Source: Tubulanus polymorphus
Lineage: Eukaryota > Animalia > Nemertea
DNA length: 64,000 bases
Direction: 5' to 3'
Assembly: GCF_964204645.1 (NCBI RefSeq)
Contig: NC_134026.1
Location: forward strand, 14,356,150-14,420,149
Shown: one piece after another, positions 62,891 through 64,000 of the stretch
Numbering within the stretch: the stretch's first letter is position 1
How the letters are laid out: each line of letters starts with the position of its first letter
Program-made: the position numbers and the translations under genes
Notes under the pieces: model-generated
What the model saw: only the letters and a program-made list of their open reading frames with translations
What the model was told of the DNA's origin: nothing
The model's database searches: none

Positions 62891-64000
62891 GTATCAAATA
62901 ATTTCATTCGGTCTGAACGTAAATATAACAACTCTTTTACCTGTACAAGCTACAGCAGTACTGTCTAATTACCGGTTAAATGTTTTTAGAAATAACACGG
63001 GGTATTGCCTGAATCCTTCGTCAGTACTACTCTTATTAAATGTGTCGTTTTAAAAGTCTTGTCCAATTTTTATTGTAGGAAGCGAGCTAACTTTGAAATT
63101 TCCCACTAAATGCAAAAGATTTTCACATCGGGTTTTGAACGAACAACGTTTCGATTTGTAATTGTAACGTGCGCATTTTAGCCTGTAACGTGCACATTTC
63201 ACTAGTGTGAACGTGCGTATCGGTACCATTATGCGAAACTTGTCAAACTTTTGCGTTCAAGACGTTTAAACTGAACACTAAAGGAGATCATCAAAGTTAA
63301 TCGCCTCATATGAAATATATATTCGTTATAAGGGATGTAGTAGTTCAGTGAGAATTCAAACTTATGGGTAATTTTACGTGATCACAACGCTGACCAATAG
63401 AGAAAGCTGTATCACAACAGAAGTGCGACTAACGTATCTTATTGAAACATTGTAAAATACCGGAGAGTAAATGGGAGAACCCTGAATTCGAAACAATTCC
63501 ACACTCGGATCGTTGACTTTGAAAACACAATTTGCAATTTGTGGACATCCATTATTTCTGCACCAAAAGCATGAAGTATATTATCTTTGCTCGTAAAAAT
63601 TTGAAATTTTGAGGAAGATTTTTGGCCTCGTTAACCTGTGAACACGTCCTTCATATATTTTCTAAGACCGATCTTGATATAATGCTTAGAGTTTAGAGAA
63701 AATTATGGTAGGATGTAAACTTAGGCCGCTTCGTATCCGTGGAAGGTTGCTAATTATTGATCTTATACACAATACGGTACGTAACACGAGACTCCATAGA
63801 ATATCGTTTTTCAATCATACGTACACAAATTATTGCGATATAAAGATAAATAGTACTTTAATATACTTTTTACTTCTTATACTGAATATTTCCTTAGTAG
63901 TATTAATAAAGAGTGGATCAGCAGGCTACCTGAGCCCATTCCACGATTTGAGGTCAGTTGCCAAAAGTTAGTAAGTTTACATACCAGTGGATAGTTAACA

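Overview
This is eukaryotic, most likely invertebrate animal, genomic DNA made almost entirely of nested mobile elements. I recognise one host exon: a P5CS/ALDH18A1 gamma-glutamyl phosphate reductase segment at 18029-18246. The window holds three related, very AT-rich Maverick/Polinton (adintovirus-like) elements. Element A (~4810-10774) is a rearranged relic. Element B (24007-42164) is bounded by terminal inverted repeats (TIRs), has a 6-bp target duplication and hairpin termini, and has lost its major capsid gene. Element C (~43695-57790) is left-truncated and carries capsid, integrase, ATPase and pPolB genes. The most striking feature is a full-size LAGLIDADG intein inserted at the catalytic YxD|TD motif of element C's protein-primed PolB, while element B carries the empty allele. 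TAAATG start contexts, intergenic hairpins, a large-DNA-virus-type HNH nuclease and a tiny palindromic in-frame insertion add circumstantial support for a virophage-like history. The rest is Helentron/HINE-type non-autonomous elements, a LINE 5' end, MITEs and satellites. Most viral ORFs are decayed. All family calls come from reading motifs by eye, not from database searches.
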